From assembly GCA_019058295.1 (NCBI GenBank), contig JAHPZI010000014.1, forward strand, positions 1 through 64,000: a stretch of DNA of 64,000 bases, written 5' to 3'. This DNA comes from Promethearchaeota archaeon. Its GTDB lineage: Archaea > Asgardarchaeota > Lokiarchaeia > Sigyniarchaeales > SOKP01. A model generated the notes under the pieces. That model ran no database searches and was not told where the DNA came from. It was given only the letters and a program-made list of their open reading frames with translations. Position 1 is the stretch's first letter; every line of letters begins with the position of its first letter. The position numbers were made by a program, and so were the translations under genes. This document shows, one piece after another, positions 28,139 through 38,661 of this stretch.

Positions 28139-29013
28139 CTGAAGAGTATACTACTGATGAATTACTCACTGTATTAATGTCGCGGGAAGTAAAAAACGAT
28201 GATATAATGATTGTGGGTGTAGCAACTCCAATGGTCTGGGCTGCTTTCACATTGGCGAAACTTACACACGCTCCTGATGCAATATTTCATTACATTATGG
28301 GTAATAGTTTTGTATATGAACCTCGTCAAGTAACTCTATTATATCTTGAGATGAATCTCCATAGAGCGTACAAATTTCAAAACTCTGGTGAATGTACCTT
28401 AGAGTGTCTCCCTTCAGATACCTTAACAACAATAGAATTCTTTAGACCCGCCCAAATTGACCAATACGGAAATACTAATAATATTTGTATTGGTGATTAT
28501 TATAAACCGAAAATTAGACTACCCGGCTGTGCTGGTATAGCTGATTTTTCTATGTTCTATTCAAGAGGGCAATTTTTATACACACCCCGCCATGATACGC
28601 GGACTTTTGTACCCTCAGAAAAGTTATTTTTTGTATCGGGGGTGGGTTTTCAAAATGGAAAAATTAGTATCTGTGGAGGAGCTGGTCCGCAATGTATGAT
28701 TACAAATCTCGCATATTTAAATTTTGATGATGAAACTAAGAGAATTACGGTTTCAACAGTTCATCCCGGGGTAAATATAGAAGATGTTAAGGCTTCTACA
28801 GGATTCGAATTACTGGTTTCTAAGAATCTGACAGAAACAATACCTCCCTCACTGAAGGAAATTAGGCTTCTAAGAGAAAAAGTAGATCCTTTAGGGATAA
28901 GAAAACTGGAAGTTTTATCAGGAAAAGAACGAATGGTTTTTTTAAACGAAATTATTGAAAAAGAATTAGCTATGAAAGATAAATTACCTCAGTTATTGAA
29001 TAGTGATTTGTGA
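28135..29013 (+). CDS. Class I CoA-transferase-like subunit B (GctB/IpdB-like)
   Basis: AQIDQYGNTN, RLPGCAG and HPGV motifs; ATGA overlap with subunit A. Confidence 0.85.
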   Translation: MTEEYTTDELLTVLMSREVKNDDIMIVGVATPMVWAAFTLAKLTHAPDAIFHYIMGNSFVYEPRQVTLLYLEMNLHRAYKFQNSGECTLECLPSDTLTTIEFFRPAQIDQYGNTNNICIGDYYKPKIRLPGCAGIADFSMFYSRGQFLYTPRHDTRTFVPSEKLFFVSGVGFQNGKISICGGAGPQCMITNLAYLNFDDETKRITVSTVHPGVNIEDVKASTGFELLVSKNLTETIPPSLKEIRLLREKVDPLGIRKLEVLSGKERMVFLNEIIEKELAMKDKLPQLLNSDL

Positions 29014-29115
29014 ATCGAATATAGACTTCTCCAATTATTTTAAGAAATAATAAATGTCGTGCAAAATATGATTAAAATATTAAATTTTTTTAATTAAAAA
29101 AGGAATAAGAATAAT

Positions 29116-30954
29116 ATGTCTAATGGATATATGGGTAAAATTTTATGGATAAATCTTTCTGAGGGAACTTTTAAGGAAGAACAATTACCAGATGAGATTT
29201 ATCGGCAATATCTTGGAGGATATGGCCTAGCAGCAAAATTAATTTATGAAAAGATGCCTTCAAAAACAGATGCTCTTGGGGCTGATGCCCTTTTTGGTTT
29301 TTTTCCAGGATTGTTAACTGGTACAGTTGCTCCTCTATCAGGGCGATTTATGGTCGCTGGCAAGTCTCCATTGACAGGAACTTGGGGTGATTCTAACTGT
29401 GGGGGATATTTTGGTCCGGAGATTAAAAAATGTGGCTATGATGCGATAATCATTAAAGGAATGGCAACTAGTCCAAAATATATAACCATCATTAATGACG
29501 ACAAACAAATTTTAGATGCTTCTGATTTATGGGGATTAGATACTGTCCAAACAGAAGAAAAACTGACAGAAAAGCATGGAAAAGTCCAAGTTGCGAGCAT
29601 AGGGCAATCAGGGGAAAAACTCTCGTTAATCTCAGGAATTGTAAACGATAAAGCTAGAATTGCGGGAAGATCTGGTTTTGGGACAGTTATGGGTTCTAAA
29701 AAATTAAAGGCTATTGTTTTAAAGGGAAATAAGGATTTAAATGTAGCAGATAAAGATCTATTACTCAAACACACAAAAGAGTACAATGAAAGTATATCTT
29801 CGGCAAAAGGAGTGATTATTGGATGGAAAACATTTGGCACAACTATGGGAAATACGTATAGTGCTCAAATTGGAGATACACCAATTAAAAATTGGGGGGG
29901 AAATGTCAATGAAGATTTCCCCATGGAGAGGTATAATAAGCTTTCGGGAATGGAAATAAATAAATATAGACAAAAACCTTATGGATGTTATTCTTGTCCC
30001 GTTCAATGTGGTTCTATAATGAAAGTTCCTGAACTTGGACTTGATGAGACTCATCGTCCTGAATATGAAACTTGTGCTAGTTTTGGACACCTTCTCCTCA
30101 ATGACGATCTCATGTCAATATTTACTATAAATGATTTATGTAATAGAGCTGGAATAGATGTGATATCTGCAGGGGGAACGGTCGCATTCGCTATAGAATG
30201 TTATGAAAATGGCATTCTTAGTAAAGATGATACCGATGGTCTCGAATTAACATGGGGTAATTCATCCGCAATTATAGAATTAGTCAAGAAAATGATTAAT
30301 CGTGAGGGTTTTGGAGATATATTAGCAGATGGTTCAAAAATTGCTTCAGAAAAAATTGGAAAAGGGTCCAGTAAGTATGCTATACACTCATTGGGTCAAG
30401 AACTTGGAATGCATTCTCCAAAAGTTTTAAAAAGTCTAGGTGCTTCTTATGCATTTGATCCCACTCCAGGAAGACATACAACCGCAACACTAGATATGTA
30501 TCGTATGGGTCCTATATTAAAACCAAATGGATTATTTGAGGGTTTTGAGTTGCCAAAAAAATTTAAAAATCCCGGTGATGATAGGAGTGAAGCTGAAAAA
30601 TTAATAAGTGGGATTTCCCAAGCAACCAATTGTGTTGGATTATGCCTATTTGTTTATAACTATCTGAAATATCCTTTAATAGAATTAATAAATGCAGTAG
30701 TTGGGTGGGATATGACTATGAATGAGCTTGTAAAAACAGGTTTAAGGATTCAGACTTTAAGGCATTCATTTTCGTTAAAAGAAGGAATTAATGTAATACA
30801 TAATAAATTGCCTGAGAGAACTGTTGATGTTGATTATTTAGAAGATTATAAAGCATATTGTAAAAAAATGGGTTGGAATCCTGAAAACGCATATCCAACT
30901 AAAGAAACATTGACAGATTTAAATTTAAACTTTGTAATTAAAGATCTCTACTAA
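29116..30954 (+). CDS. aor: Tungsten-type aldehyde:ferredoxin oxidoreductase family protein
   Basis: GYMGKIL.INLS, KSPLTG, GRSGFG.VMGSKKLKA, CYSCPVQC and PEYET motifs. Confidence 0.9.
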   Translation: MSNGYMGKILWINLSEGTFKEEQLPDEIYRQYLGGYGLAAKLIYEKMPSKTDALGADALFGFFPGLLTGTVAPLSGRFMVAGKSPLTGTWGDSNCGGYFGPEIKKCGYDAIIIKGMATSPKYITIINDDKQILDASDLWGLDTVQTEEKLTEKHGKVQVASIGQSGEKLSLISGIVNDKARIAGRSGFGTVMGSKKLKAIVLKGNKDLNVADKDLLLKHTKEYNESISSAKGVIIGWKTFGTTMGNTYSAQIGDTPIKNWGGNVNEDFPMERYNKLSGMEINKYRQKPYGCYSCPVQCGSIMKVPELGLDETHRPEYETCASFGHLLLNDDLMSIFTINDLCNRAGIDVISAGGTVAFAIECYENGILSKDDTDGLELTWGNSSAIIELVKKMINREGFGDILADGSKIASEKIGKGSSKYAIHSLGQELGMHSPKVLKSLGASYAFDPTPGRHTTATLDMYRMGPILKPNGLFEGFELPKKFKNPGDDRSEAEKLISGISQATNCVGLCLFVYNYLKYPLIELINAVVGWDMTMNELVKTGLRIQTLRHSFSLKEGINVIHNKLPERTVDVDYLEDYKAYCKKMGWNPENAYPTKETLTDLNLNFVIKDLY

Positions 30955-31068
30955 CTTCTATTAATTACATTTTTAATCCTTTTTTTTTAAGAATTATAAT
31001 AAAATAAAAAGGAAATTAAACTCTTATATCAAAAATATTAAAAAAATAATAAAAATTAGAGATTAAAT

Positions 31069-33078
31069 ATGACTGAAAAGCTTTCAAATGAAGAATTATC
31101 AAAATTACCTTTTATGAATAGCAATTTGGATTTAGAAAAGAGAGTGGAAGACCTTTTAGGAAGGTTAACATTAAAAGAGAAATTCAAACTCAGTTCGGGA
31201 ACACAATTTTTTTATACTAAACCTATAAAAAGATTGGGAATACCAAATTTTAAAATGACTGATGGACCACATGGGATTGGTCCCCATAGTAGCAATAATT
31301 CAGAATGTACTTATTTTCCCGTAGGTGTTTGCCGGGCTGCAACTTGGAATCCAGAGCTTTCAGAACAGTTTGGAGTGGCAGCAGGACAAGAAGTAAGGGA
31401 TATTGGATATCATATGCTTTTAGGACCAGGGATAAATATTCAGAGAGCTCCGCACTGTGGAAGAAATTTCGAATATCAAACGGAAGATCCTTATTTAAAC
31501 TCAAGGTTAGCAGTGCCTTGTGTAAAAGGCATACAAAGCCAACAAATTGCGGCTTGTGTAAAACATTACGCTTGCAATAATCAAGAAACAAATAGATTTA
31601 CTTGTAATTCAGTCGTTAGTGAAAGAGCCCTTCAAGAGATCTATCTTCCTGGTTTTAAAGCTACTGTATGCGAAGCAGACGCTTGGTCATTCATGACTTG
31701 TTATAACAAAGTTAATGGAGTATATGGTTCTGAACATAAAAATCTCATAAAACAAAGGTTAATGGAAAAATGGGATTTTAGGGGATTTGTTGTTTCTGAT
31801 TGGACTGCAACGCAACATGTAAAAAACACGGAGAGTTGCGTAGAAGCAGGTCTCTCTCTCGAAATGCCAACGGCAATCAAATATAAATATAAAAGTATGA
31901 TGGATGCATTGAATGAAGGCAAATTTACTGAAGAAATGTTAAATGAAAATATAAGAAGGTTATTGCGTGTAATGTTTCTAACAGGAATTTTTGACGATCC
32001 GAGTACAATTCCACCTGGTAGTAGAAACACTTTAGAACATCAAGCAGTGGCTCGTAAAATCGCAGAAGAGGGCATTGTTCTTTTAAAAAATGAGGATAAT
32101 CTTCTCCCGCTTGATATCAATTCAATAAAAAAAATCGCTGTAGTTGGACCGAATGCTAATAAAAAAATGTCTAGGGGGGGTGGGAGCTCTCAAGTTAAAC
32201 CTCCCTATGAAATTAAGCCGATTGAAGGAATACAAGAGAAATGCAAAGGGAAAATTGAAATCGTGTCCACTCCTTCAGAAGCTGATGTAGTTATTTATGT
32301 TGGCGGACTTAATCATAGACCACATAAAGATTCTGAAGGTGCAGATAGGAAAAGATTTAATCTCACATCTACTCACATTAACAGGTTAAATGAAACGATT
32401 CAAGAAAATCCTAAAACAATAGTAGTTTTAATAAGTGGTAGTCCTATTGGAATGGATTGGATTGATAAAGTTCCTGCTGTGATTGAAGCATGGTATCCAG
32501 GTATGGAAGGAGGAAATGCTATAGCCTCGGTCCTTTTTGGAGATGTGAATCCATCCGGTAAACTTCCAATTACATTTCCCAAAAAGCTTGAAGATTCACC
32601 CGCTCAAATAGTAAAGGATTTAGAAGTTAATTATGATGATGGTATTTTTGTAGGATATCGATATTTTGATACAAATAATATTGAACCTCTCTTTCCCTTT
32701 GGCCATGGTTTATCTTATACTACTTTTACTTATGATAATCTTAAGATCAGTAAGGATAAAGTGTCGGGAGATGAGACAGTTAAAGTATCTGTCGACATCA
32801 CTAACTCTGGCTCTCGAACTGGAGCAGAAGTTGTCCAACTCTATGTTCAAGATGTAGACTGTAGCGTAGAAAGACCACTTAAAGAGTTAAAAGGTTTTAA
32901 AAAGATTAAACTTGAGCCCGGCGCTAAAGAAACAATCAATTTAGAGCTTGGAAAGGAAGACCTTTCATTTTATGATGAAAAAAGTGGAGGATGGAAAGTA
33001 GAACCGGGAAAATTTAACATTCTTGTGGGTAGTTCCTCAAGAGATATTCGTTTACAAGGTAAAATTGAATATTTATAA
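31069..33078 (+). CDS. GH3 beta-glucosidase with Fn3-like C-terminal domain
   Basis: DGPHG, GRNFEY, KHY, VVSDW, PSGKLP.TF and FPFGHGLSY motifs. Confidence 0.9.
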   Translation: MTEKLSNEELSKLPFMNSNLDLEKRVEDLLGRLTLKEKFKLSSGTQFFYTKPIKRLGIPNFKMTDGPHGIGPHSSNNSECTYFPVGVCRAATWNPELSEQFGVAAGQEVRDIGYHMLLGPGINIQRAPHCGRNFEYQTEDPYLNSRLAVPCVKGIQSQQIAACVKHYACNNQETNRFTCNSVVSERALQEIYLPGFKATVCEADAWSFMTCYNKVNGVYGSEHKNLIKQRLMEKWDFRGFVVSDWTATQHVKNTESCVEAGLSLEMPTAIKYKYKSMMDALNEGKFTEEMLNENIRRLLRVMFLTGIFDDPSTIPPGSRNTLEHQAVARKIAEEGIVLLKNEDNLLPLDINSIKKIAVVGPNANKKMSRGGGSSQVKPPYEIKPIEGIQEKCKGKIEIVSTPSEADVVIYVGGLNHRPHKDSEGADRKRFNLTSTHINRLNETIQENPKTIVVLISGSPIGMDWIDKVPAVIEAWYPGMEGGNAIASVLFGDVNPSGKLPITFPKKLEDSPAQIVKDLEVNYDDGIFVGYRYFDTNNIEPLFPFGHGLSYTTFTYDNLKISKDKVSGDETVKVSVDITNSGSRTGAEVVQLYVQDVDCSVERPLKELKGFKKIKLEPGAKETINLELGKEDLSFYDEKSGGWKVEPGKFNILVGSSSRDIRLQGKIEYL

Positions 33079-33104
33079 TATAATAGTTGGTTTATAAATT
33101 TAAA

Positions 33105-34391
33105 ATGATTATAAAAGAAGATCTGCAAGAAGCTAAAGAAAGAATGAAAGCATGGTGGGACCATGAAATAATTGATAGACCCGTTCTGTCTTACAATATA
33201 CCGGCAGGCAAGAATTCTATTAAAGCACTTATTGCTTCAACTCCTTTATGTTGGGATTTAGCTAAAGATTTTGATGGTATTGAACCCATTTTAGACACAT
33301 TAGAAAATAATTCAGATGGCTTAATTTTTGGAGGTGAATGTATCCCTTCTTATTTTCCAAACTACGGTCCAGGAATAATGGCATCAGTTTTAGGAGTTAC
33401 ACCAGAATTTAAAGCAAATACAATGTGGTTTCATAAGCCTACTGAAGTGAAAGATATAATCTCCGTACTTGAAAGCGTCAAATTAAACGCCAATAATGAA
33501 TGGTATTCAAGATTAAAACGCATCACGGAATATGCAGCAAAACGTGCTGTCAAAGGCAATTACCATGTCTCCATGACAGATTTAGGAGGCATATTAGACA
33601 TACTAATTTCATTTATAGGATCAACAAATATCATAGTAACAATGAAACGCAATCCTGAACTTATTGATACTTGTCGGGCAATAATTATGGAGAAGTATTT
33701 AAAAGTCTATGACGAATTACAAGATATTATTAATAAATATGTAGATGGATGTAATAGTTGGCTAAATGTTTGGTGTCCTAAACGATACTATACAATGCAA
33801 TGTGATTTTAGCGTAATGCTGAGTCCAAAATGGTTCAAAAGATTTGTATTACCAGATCTTATTGAACAAGCAGAACATATGGATTATTCAATTTATCATT
33901 TAGATGGACCAGAAGAAATAAAATTTATTGATGATATTTTGCCTCATGTTACAGGAATTCAGTATGTGCCTGGTTTAAAACCAGGAATGCCTCAAGATGG
34001 AGCTGATAAATGGATGCCACTCTATAAGAAAATTCAAAAAGCCGGTAAAAATATCCAAATGACGATATTAAATCCTAAAAGAGTTCCTGGTGTGTATAAG
34101 AAATTAGATCCTAAAGGAGTATTTGTGTATGCAGTCTACATGTCAAAAGCACTTGCTAATTGTTATTTACCAAAGTTTATGGGAGGAGATGGGGGAGAAT
34201 TAGTTGATAAAATTTCAAATTGGGGCCAATCTAATAATATAGGAGGACGGTTTACCAAAGAAAAGTTAAGAGAATATTTAGCGGAAAATAATCTTGAAAT
34301 TAGTAAAGAACTTGAAAGCCAAATACTTAAAGAAGTCCGTACGAATCTTAAAAAAGGGGAAAAAAAAGGATTTAAAGTAAAATATCTATAA
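33105..34391 (+). CDS. URO-D/methylcobamide methyltransferase (MT2)-like TIM-barrel protein
   Basis: TDLGG..D, QCDFS.MLSP.WF.RF.LP, YHLDGP and IQKAGK motifs; ATG 33105 (track TTG 33087). Confidence 0.7.
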   Translation: MIIKEDLQEAKERMKAWWDHEIIDRPVLSYNIPAGKNSIKALIASTPLCWDLAKDFDGIEPILDTLENNSDGLIFGGECIPSYFPNYGPGIMASVLGVTPEFKANTMWFHKPTEVKDIISVLESVKLNANNEWYSRLKRITEYAAKRAVKGNYHVSMTDLGGILDILISFIGSTNIIVTMKRNPELIDTCRAIIMEKYLKVYDELQDIINKYVDGCNSWLNVWCPKRYYTMQCDFSVMLSPKWFKRFVLPDLIEQAEHMDYSIYHLDGPEEIKFIDDILPHVTGIQYVPGLKPGMPQDGADKWMPLYKKIQKAGKNIQMTILNPKRVPGVYKKLDPKGVFVYAVYMSKALANCYLPKFMGGDGGELVDKISNWGQSNNIGGRFTKEKLREYLAENNLEISKELESQILKEVRTNLKKGEKKGFKVKYL

Positions 34392-34475
34392 AAAAAAATG
34401 AAAATATTAAATTATAAACGTTTTTATTATAAAGAATTATTTTAAAAATTAAAACTATTTTTAAGCTGAGAAATT

Positions 34476-36155
34476 ATGGCAGAAAGTCTACAATTCATTT
34501 ATAAGGAAGAGTTTTGGTTCATAAGTACTTTTTTAAATACATCTAAAGTCGATACTGAACACCTTAGTATGCTACTTCAAAATCTCATCCAGGACAAACT
34601 GAATAATTTAACAGATGAAGATATTTATCGTAAAGAACTAAAGGATGACTTAATGGAAATGGTTAAGAATATTGCTTTATCTTGCAAATGGGTTTCTTAT
34701 GTGGACAATTTTCCTTATACAGATGAAAATTCTGAGAGAAAATATAATAATCTCGGTTTTTTCCAATTTGATATAGAATATTATAAAAATGATCCTTCAA
34801 AAAAGGAAAAAATTAAACCACTGTTAATACAGCAAGTACCCTATATTGTTCTAAATATCTTAAAGGAATTTAGCAAAAAACCTGGAAGTGAAGGGATTTT
34901 CTTTGATTTAGAGAGTCCTATTTACATCTTTAGCATTTCAAATAAGACAACTCTCCCAAATATTAGTTGGACACAAGAAAATATTAAGAAATACAAGAGA
35001 GAAATTTCATATTGGACAGTGATTTATTCAGGCCAATGGCCAGATTATTCTGAAAAACTTTTTGACAGAAGAATAAGGGACAATCTTTCTAATCGTTTGT
35101 CAGAATTGCATTTTATATATCGAAATTCTGGATTTATATATATGGCAGAGCAAAATTATGAGAATTTCTTTGAATCGTATATGAAACAATATGTTTTAGA
35201 TCCCACTCCAAAAATGAGAGCTGTATTATTCGCTCTAAGGTCAATTAACCAATCTCTTGATTTATTATTCTTAAAAACCCGTTCAGGAGCATTTGTAAAT
35301 ATCGAGATTGTAGAAGATAAAATCAAAAATCTTGGATTATTACGAGGGCTTATTCAAACAAATTTAAGTATAATATACAATGAATTGGATTATAATCGGA
35401 GAGAACATTATACCAGTGTATTAAAACATCTAATAAATGAATTTGAATTAAATGATTTAGTTAATCGAGTGAATGATAAATTTAAGATTATCGAAGGCGC
35501 TTTACAAGAATTATATCTTCAAAAAAGTAAAGAAAATCAAGAGAGAACTGAAAAAGGGCTAAGTTTACTAAATCTTCTTTTTGGTGCGGGTGTTTTAGCC
35601 GATTTAGCGGGAGTTATTCTTATAGCTTTAAGTCTAGAAGAGAGTGATTGGCCCTCAATTCTATTACATAGTCTAATTGCCTTATTTATAGTTGGAATTT
35701 TAGTTATAACACTTGGCTACTATATATTCTTAAGATATAAAATTAAAGAAAAGGAAATTGGAAAAGCTGTAGATGCTATTATTGAAGATAATGAGGGTAA
35801 TATAGTATTAATTAAGCGAAAATATCCTCCCTTTAAAGATTTTTATGCTTTACCTGGTGGACTCGTAGAAAAGGGTGAAAATCTTAAACATGCATTAATA
35901 AGAGAAGTCGAGGAAGAAACCAATTTAGGCATACAAATTATTAAGAAAATTGGATACTATGACGAAGAAGGTAGAGATCCTCGTGGTCCAATTCATTCAA
36001 CAGTATATAAATGCAGAATAAAAGGGAACGTCTCTGATATGAAAAGTAGAGATGATGCAGTAGATGTGATTCTTGTCCCAAAAGGAAAACTGAAGGAAAT
36101 TGACCTGGCTTTTGATCATAAAAAGATGCTTATCGATGCTGATATTATTGAATAA
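34476..36155 (+). CDS. CorA-like coiled-coil/2TM domain fused to a C-terminal NUDIX hydrolase
   Basis: Nudix box GGLVEKGENLKHALIREVEEETNL, RDPR and LAFDH; two TM helices after a long helical stalk. Confidence 0.7.
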   Translation: MAESLQFIYKEEFWFISTFLNTSKVDTEHLSMLLQNLIQDKLNNLTDEDIYRKELKDDLMEMVKNIALSCKWVSYVDNFPYTDENSERKYNNLGFFQFDIEYYKNDPSKKEKIKPLLIQQVPYIVLNILKEFSKKPGSEGIFFDLESPIYIFSISNKTTLPNISWTQENIKKYKREISYWTVIYSGQWPDYSEKLFDRRIRDNLSNRLSELHFIYRNSGFIYMAEQNYENFFESYMKQYVLDPTPKMRAVLFALRSINQSLDLLFLKTRSGAFVNIEIVEDKIKNLGLLRGLIQTNLSIIYNELDYNRREHYTSVLKHLINEFELNDLVNRVNDKFKIIEGALQELYLQKSKENQERTEKGLSLLNLLFGAGVLADLAGVILIALSLEESDWPSILLHSLIALFIVGILVITLGYYIFLRYKIKEKEIGKAVDAIIEDNEGNIVLIKRKYPPFKDFYALPGGLVEKGENLKHALIREVEEETNLGIQIIKKIGYYDEEGRDPRGPIHSTVYKCRIKGNVSDMKSRDDAVDVILVPKGKLKEIDLAFDHKKMLIDADIIE

Positions 36156-36227
36156 ATTAATTTCTTTTTTTTTACTTAATTTTTAATAAATTTTTAGATA
36201 TTATCTAACAAGTAATTAAAAAATTTT

Positions 36228-37748
36228 CTATTTTTTCAGCTTTAAATGTTCAACCTTAGTCGTATTTTCGGGTGATACATCGTGAAAAACTCCTTTTGCT
36301 ATAAGTATCGTAACGCTACCATCTGATTGTAGTTCCTTTACCCAACGTCCCTCATGTCTTCCCCATTCTCCCCAGTCTGTATATTCACGTAAATAAGTTG
36401 TTGTAAGAAGCGCCCACTCATCAAGTTCCTCCGGTCGCGACACTTTAGTAGGGGCAGAATCCGCCAATCCAACCCAGTCACGCCATTCGTGGGCTTCATA
36501 TCGATCACCACTCACTCGGTCAGTTGATGGACTCCAAGTCGCACCTCTATAATTCACACGGGATTTTATCCAAAGCCATGGATCTATACTTACTAAAGTA
36601 ATATATCCTGTAGGTGGAGATTCTTCTTCGAATGTTTGGTATGTTGCATTGCGGAAATCTTTATTCACCTCTGCTTCGAGGTGATTTATTAAGAACTCCT
36701 CAAGAGCACTTGTATCAATCGCAGAAGGTTTAGAACCTTTTTTCCCTTTTTTTCTTTTTTCATCATTTTTTTTGCAATATGCTATAACATATGGAAGATG
36801 ATTCTCTTCGAGTGCTCGCCAGTCAGATTTACCAAATTTCTTTACTGTCCATTTATATACAGGATTTCTGTAAAGGTCCAACCATCTTAACTTACTTAAA
36901 TTTCCTAATCCTTTAATCTCGGCAATCTTATTATTTCTAAGATACAAAGATATCAAGTTTTTTTGATTTTCGAGCCCTTTTAGCTCGCCTACTTGATTGC
37001 TTTCAAACCATAACTCTTTCAACTTAGTAAGATTTTCAAACCCTTTAATCTCAGTAATATTATTTTTATTTAACCATAACGATTCTAAATTAATAAGATT
37101 TTCAAGCCCTTTAATCTCGCTAATTTGATTCTCTTGAAGCTGTAATGTTTTTAATTTATTCAACTTATCTAATCCTTTAATCTCGGAGATTTGATTATTA
37201 GATAGAGATAGGCCTTCTAAATTAGTAAGATTCTCTAAACTTTTAATTTCTGTGATTTTATTCTCAGAGAGATTTAAATTTTGTAAATTAATCAAATTTT
37301 CTACTCCTTTTATCTCTGAAATTTGATTTCTAGGAAGATGAATTGCTTTTAATTGAATCAATTTATCTAATCCTTTAATCTCTGTAATCTTATTTCTTCC
37401 CAAATGTAAATATTGCAAGTTAGTGAGCTTTTCTAAACCTTTAATCTCTGAAATCCTATTTATGAAAAAGTGTAATTCTTTTAGATTTATAAGGGAATCT
37501 AAACCTTTAATCTCCGTTATTTTATTTTCATTAAGCTCTAACACTTGTAAATTAGTAAGATTCTCTAGTCCCTTAATCTCGATAATTTTATTATAATTAA
37601 GCTGTAAACGTTCTAAATTAGTTAGTTCGTTTAGACCTTTAATCTCCGTAATATCCGTTATATCTTTCGCTATTAAAGAAAGACTCAAAAGCCCAGAACG
37701 TTCATCTTTTTTTACTTCATATTTTTTACCTTTATATTTTACTGACAT
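36228..37748 (-). CDS. SDS22-like leucine-rich repeat protein with unrelated Trp-rich C-terminal domain
   Basis: 11 full 22-aa repeats LxxLxxLxLxxNxIxEIKGLxx plus caps. Confidence 0.9.
   Translation of the reverse strand: MSVKYKGKKYEVKKDERSGLLSLSLIAKDITDITEIKGLNELTNLERLQLNYNKIIEIKGLENLTNLQVLELNENKITEIKGLDSLINLKELHFFINRISEIKGLEKLTNLQYLHLGRNKITEIKGLDKLIQLKAIHLPRNQISEIKGVENLINLQNLNLSENKITEIKSLENLTNLEGLSLSNNQISEIKGLDKLNKLKTLQLQENQISEIKGLENLINLESLWLNKNNITEIKGFENLTKLKELWFESNQVGELKGLENQKNLISLYLRNNKIAEIKGLGNLSKLRWLDLYRNPVYKWTVKKFGKSDWRALEENHLPYVIAYCKKNDEKRKKGKKGSKPSAIDTSALEEFLINHLEAEVNKDFRNATYQTFEEESPPTGYITLVSIDPWLWIKSRVNYRGATWSPSTDRVSGDRYEAHEWRDWVGLADSAPTKVSRPEELDEWALLTTTYLREYTDWGEWGRHEGRWVKELQSDGSVTILIAKGVFHDVSPENTTKVEHLKLKK
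36860..37690 (-). repeat. 66-bp coding tandem repeats (LRR units)
   Basis: ccttt(a)atctc recurs every 66 nt on the plus strand. Confidence 0.85.
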
Positions 37749-37840
37749 TTTTCTATTGGAACCTGCGTGACTTCTTTCTTTTTTTAACTTATTTTTTTTT
37801 CCTATAGTTATATCTGTTTTTTTATTTTAATTATTTCTTA

Positions 37841-38575
37841 TTAAAATTCTGAATTCTCTTCTGGGGCAATGAGATTCATTTCGCACGTGACCAGCTTATT
37901 CAGTCCGTCATCATATGTGTTGATATCATATTCCATCGAGTAACCCCACTTCCGTAGTTCCCACACAATAAATTCCTCCACCTCTGGTTTAAGGAATATA
38001 GTGGGTGAGTGCGTAAGCTCCTCAGGGGTTGGAGGTTCACCGGTCAGTCTGATAATCATCACATGAGGATCACTTCTAACATCGACGCGATAACCGAGGA
38101 ATTTAGGGAACCATACCTGAAACTTCTCGGCCATGATTTTCCTTTTGTGATTAAAATCTATACCAATATAAGGAAGAGCTTTCTTTGGGTCCTCTATGAT
38201 AGACTTCATATCAATGATCAATCTGTTTTTAAAATGAGCGATCACCATATTTGTCTCAATCATAATCAATGATGCAATAAATCCTTTATCACCTTTTAAA
38301 TCCTCAAATAGTTCTATAATTGCTTTCAAATCTTTATCTAAAATATTGGTATTCAAATTATCGATTTCGTCATTCTCGACTTCTTCTTTAAGGGATTTCG
38401 CGATTTTTTGAATCTTTTCCAATTTCTCTTTTATATTTTTGCTCACTTTTATTATCAAGTCGCTTAGATCAATAATAACCCCTTTTAATAACTCTCTAAG
38501 TCTTTGGAGTAATTCTTGACCAACCTGTCTGGCTTCATCTTCATCTATTATTTTAGCATGAATGATGTTTGTCAT
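37841..38575 (-). CDS. Hypothetical protein
   Basis: 244-aa ORF with an N-terminal coiled coil; no recognised motif. Confidence 0.65.
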   Translation of the reverse strand: MTNIIHAKIIDEDEARQVGQELLQRLRELLKGVIIDLSDLIIKVSKNIKEKLEKIQKIAKSLKEEVENDEIDNLNTNILDKDLKAIIELFEDLKGDKGFIASLIMIETNMVIAHFKNRLIIDMKSIIEDPKKALPYIGIDFNHKRKIMAEKFQVWFPKFLGYRVDVRSDPHVMIIRLTGEPPTPEELTHSPTIFLKPEVEEFIVWELRKWGYSMEYDINTYDDGLNKLVTCEMNLIAPEENSEF

Positions 38576-38661
38576 CTAAGATCATATACCCATTATATCT
38601 CTTAAAAACCTTAAGTTGAATAATAATTGTTTAGAATTAAGTAAAAATAAAGAAAAAAAAT

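Noticed and set aside
36860-37690. CRISPR-like periodicity of 66 bp
   Set aside because: The period equals the 22-aa LRR unit inside an intact ORF; there is no invariant repeat with unique spacers.
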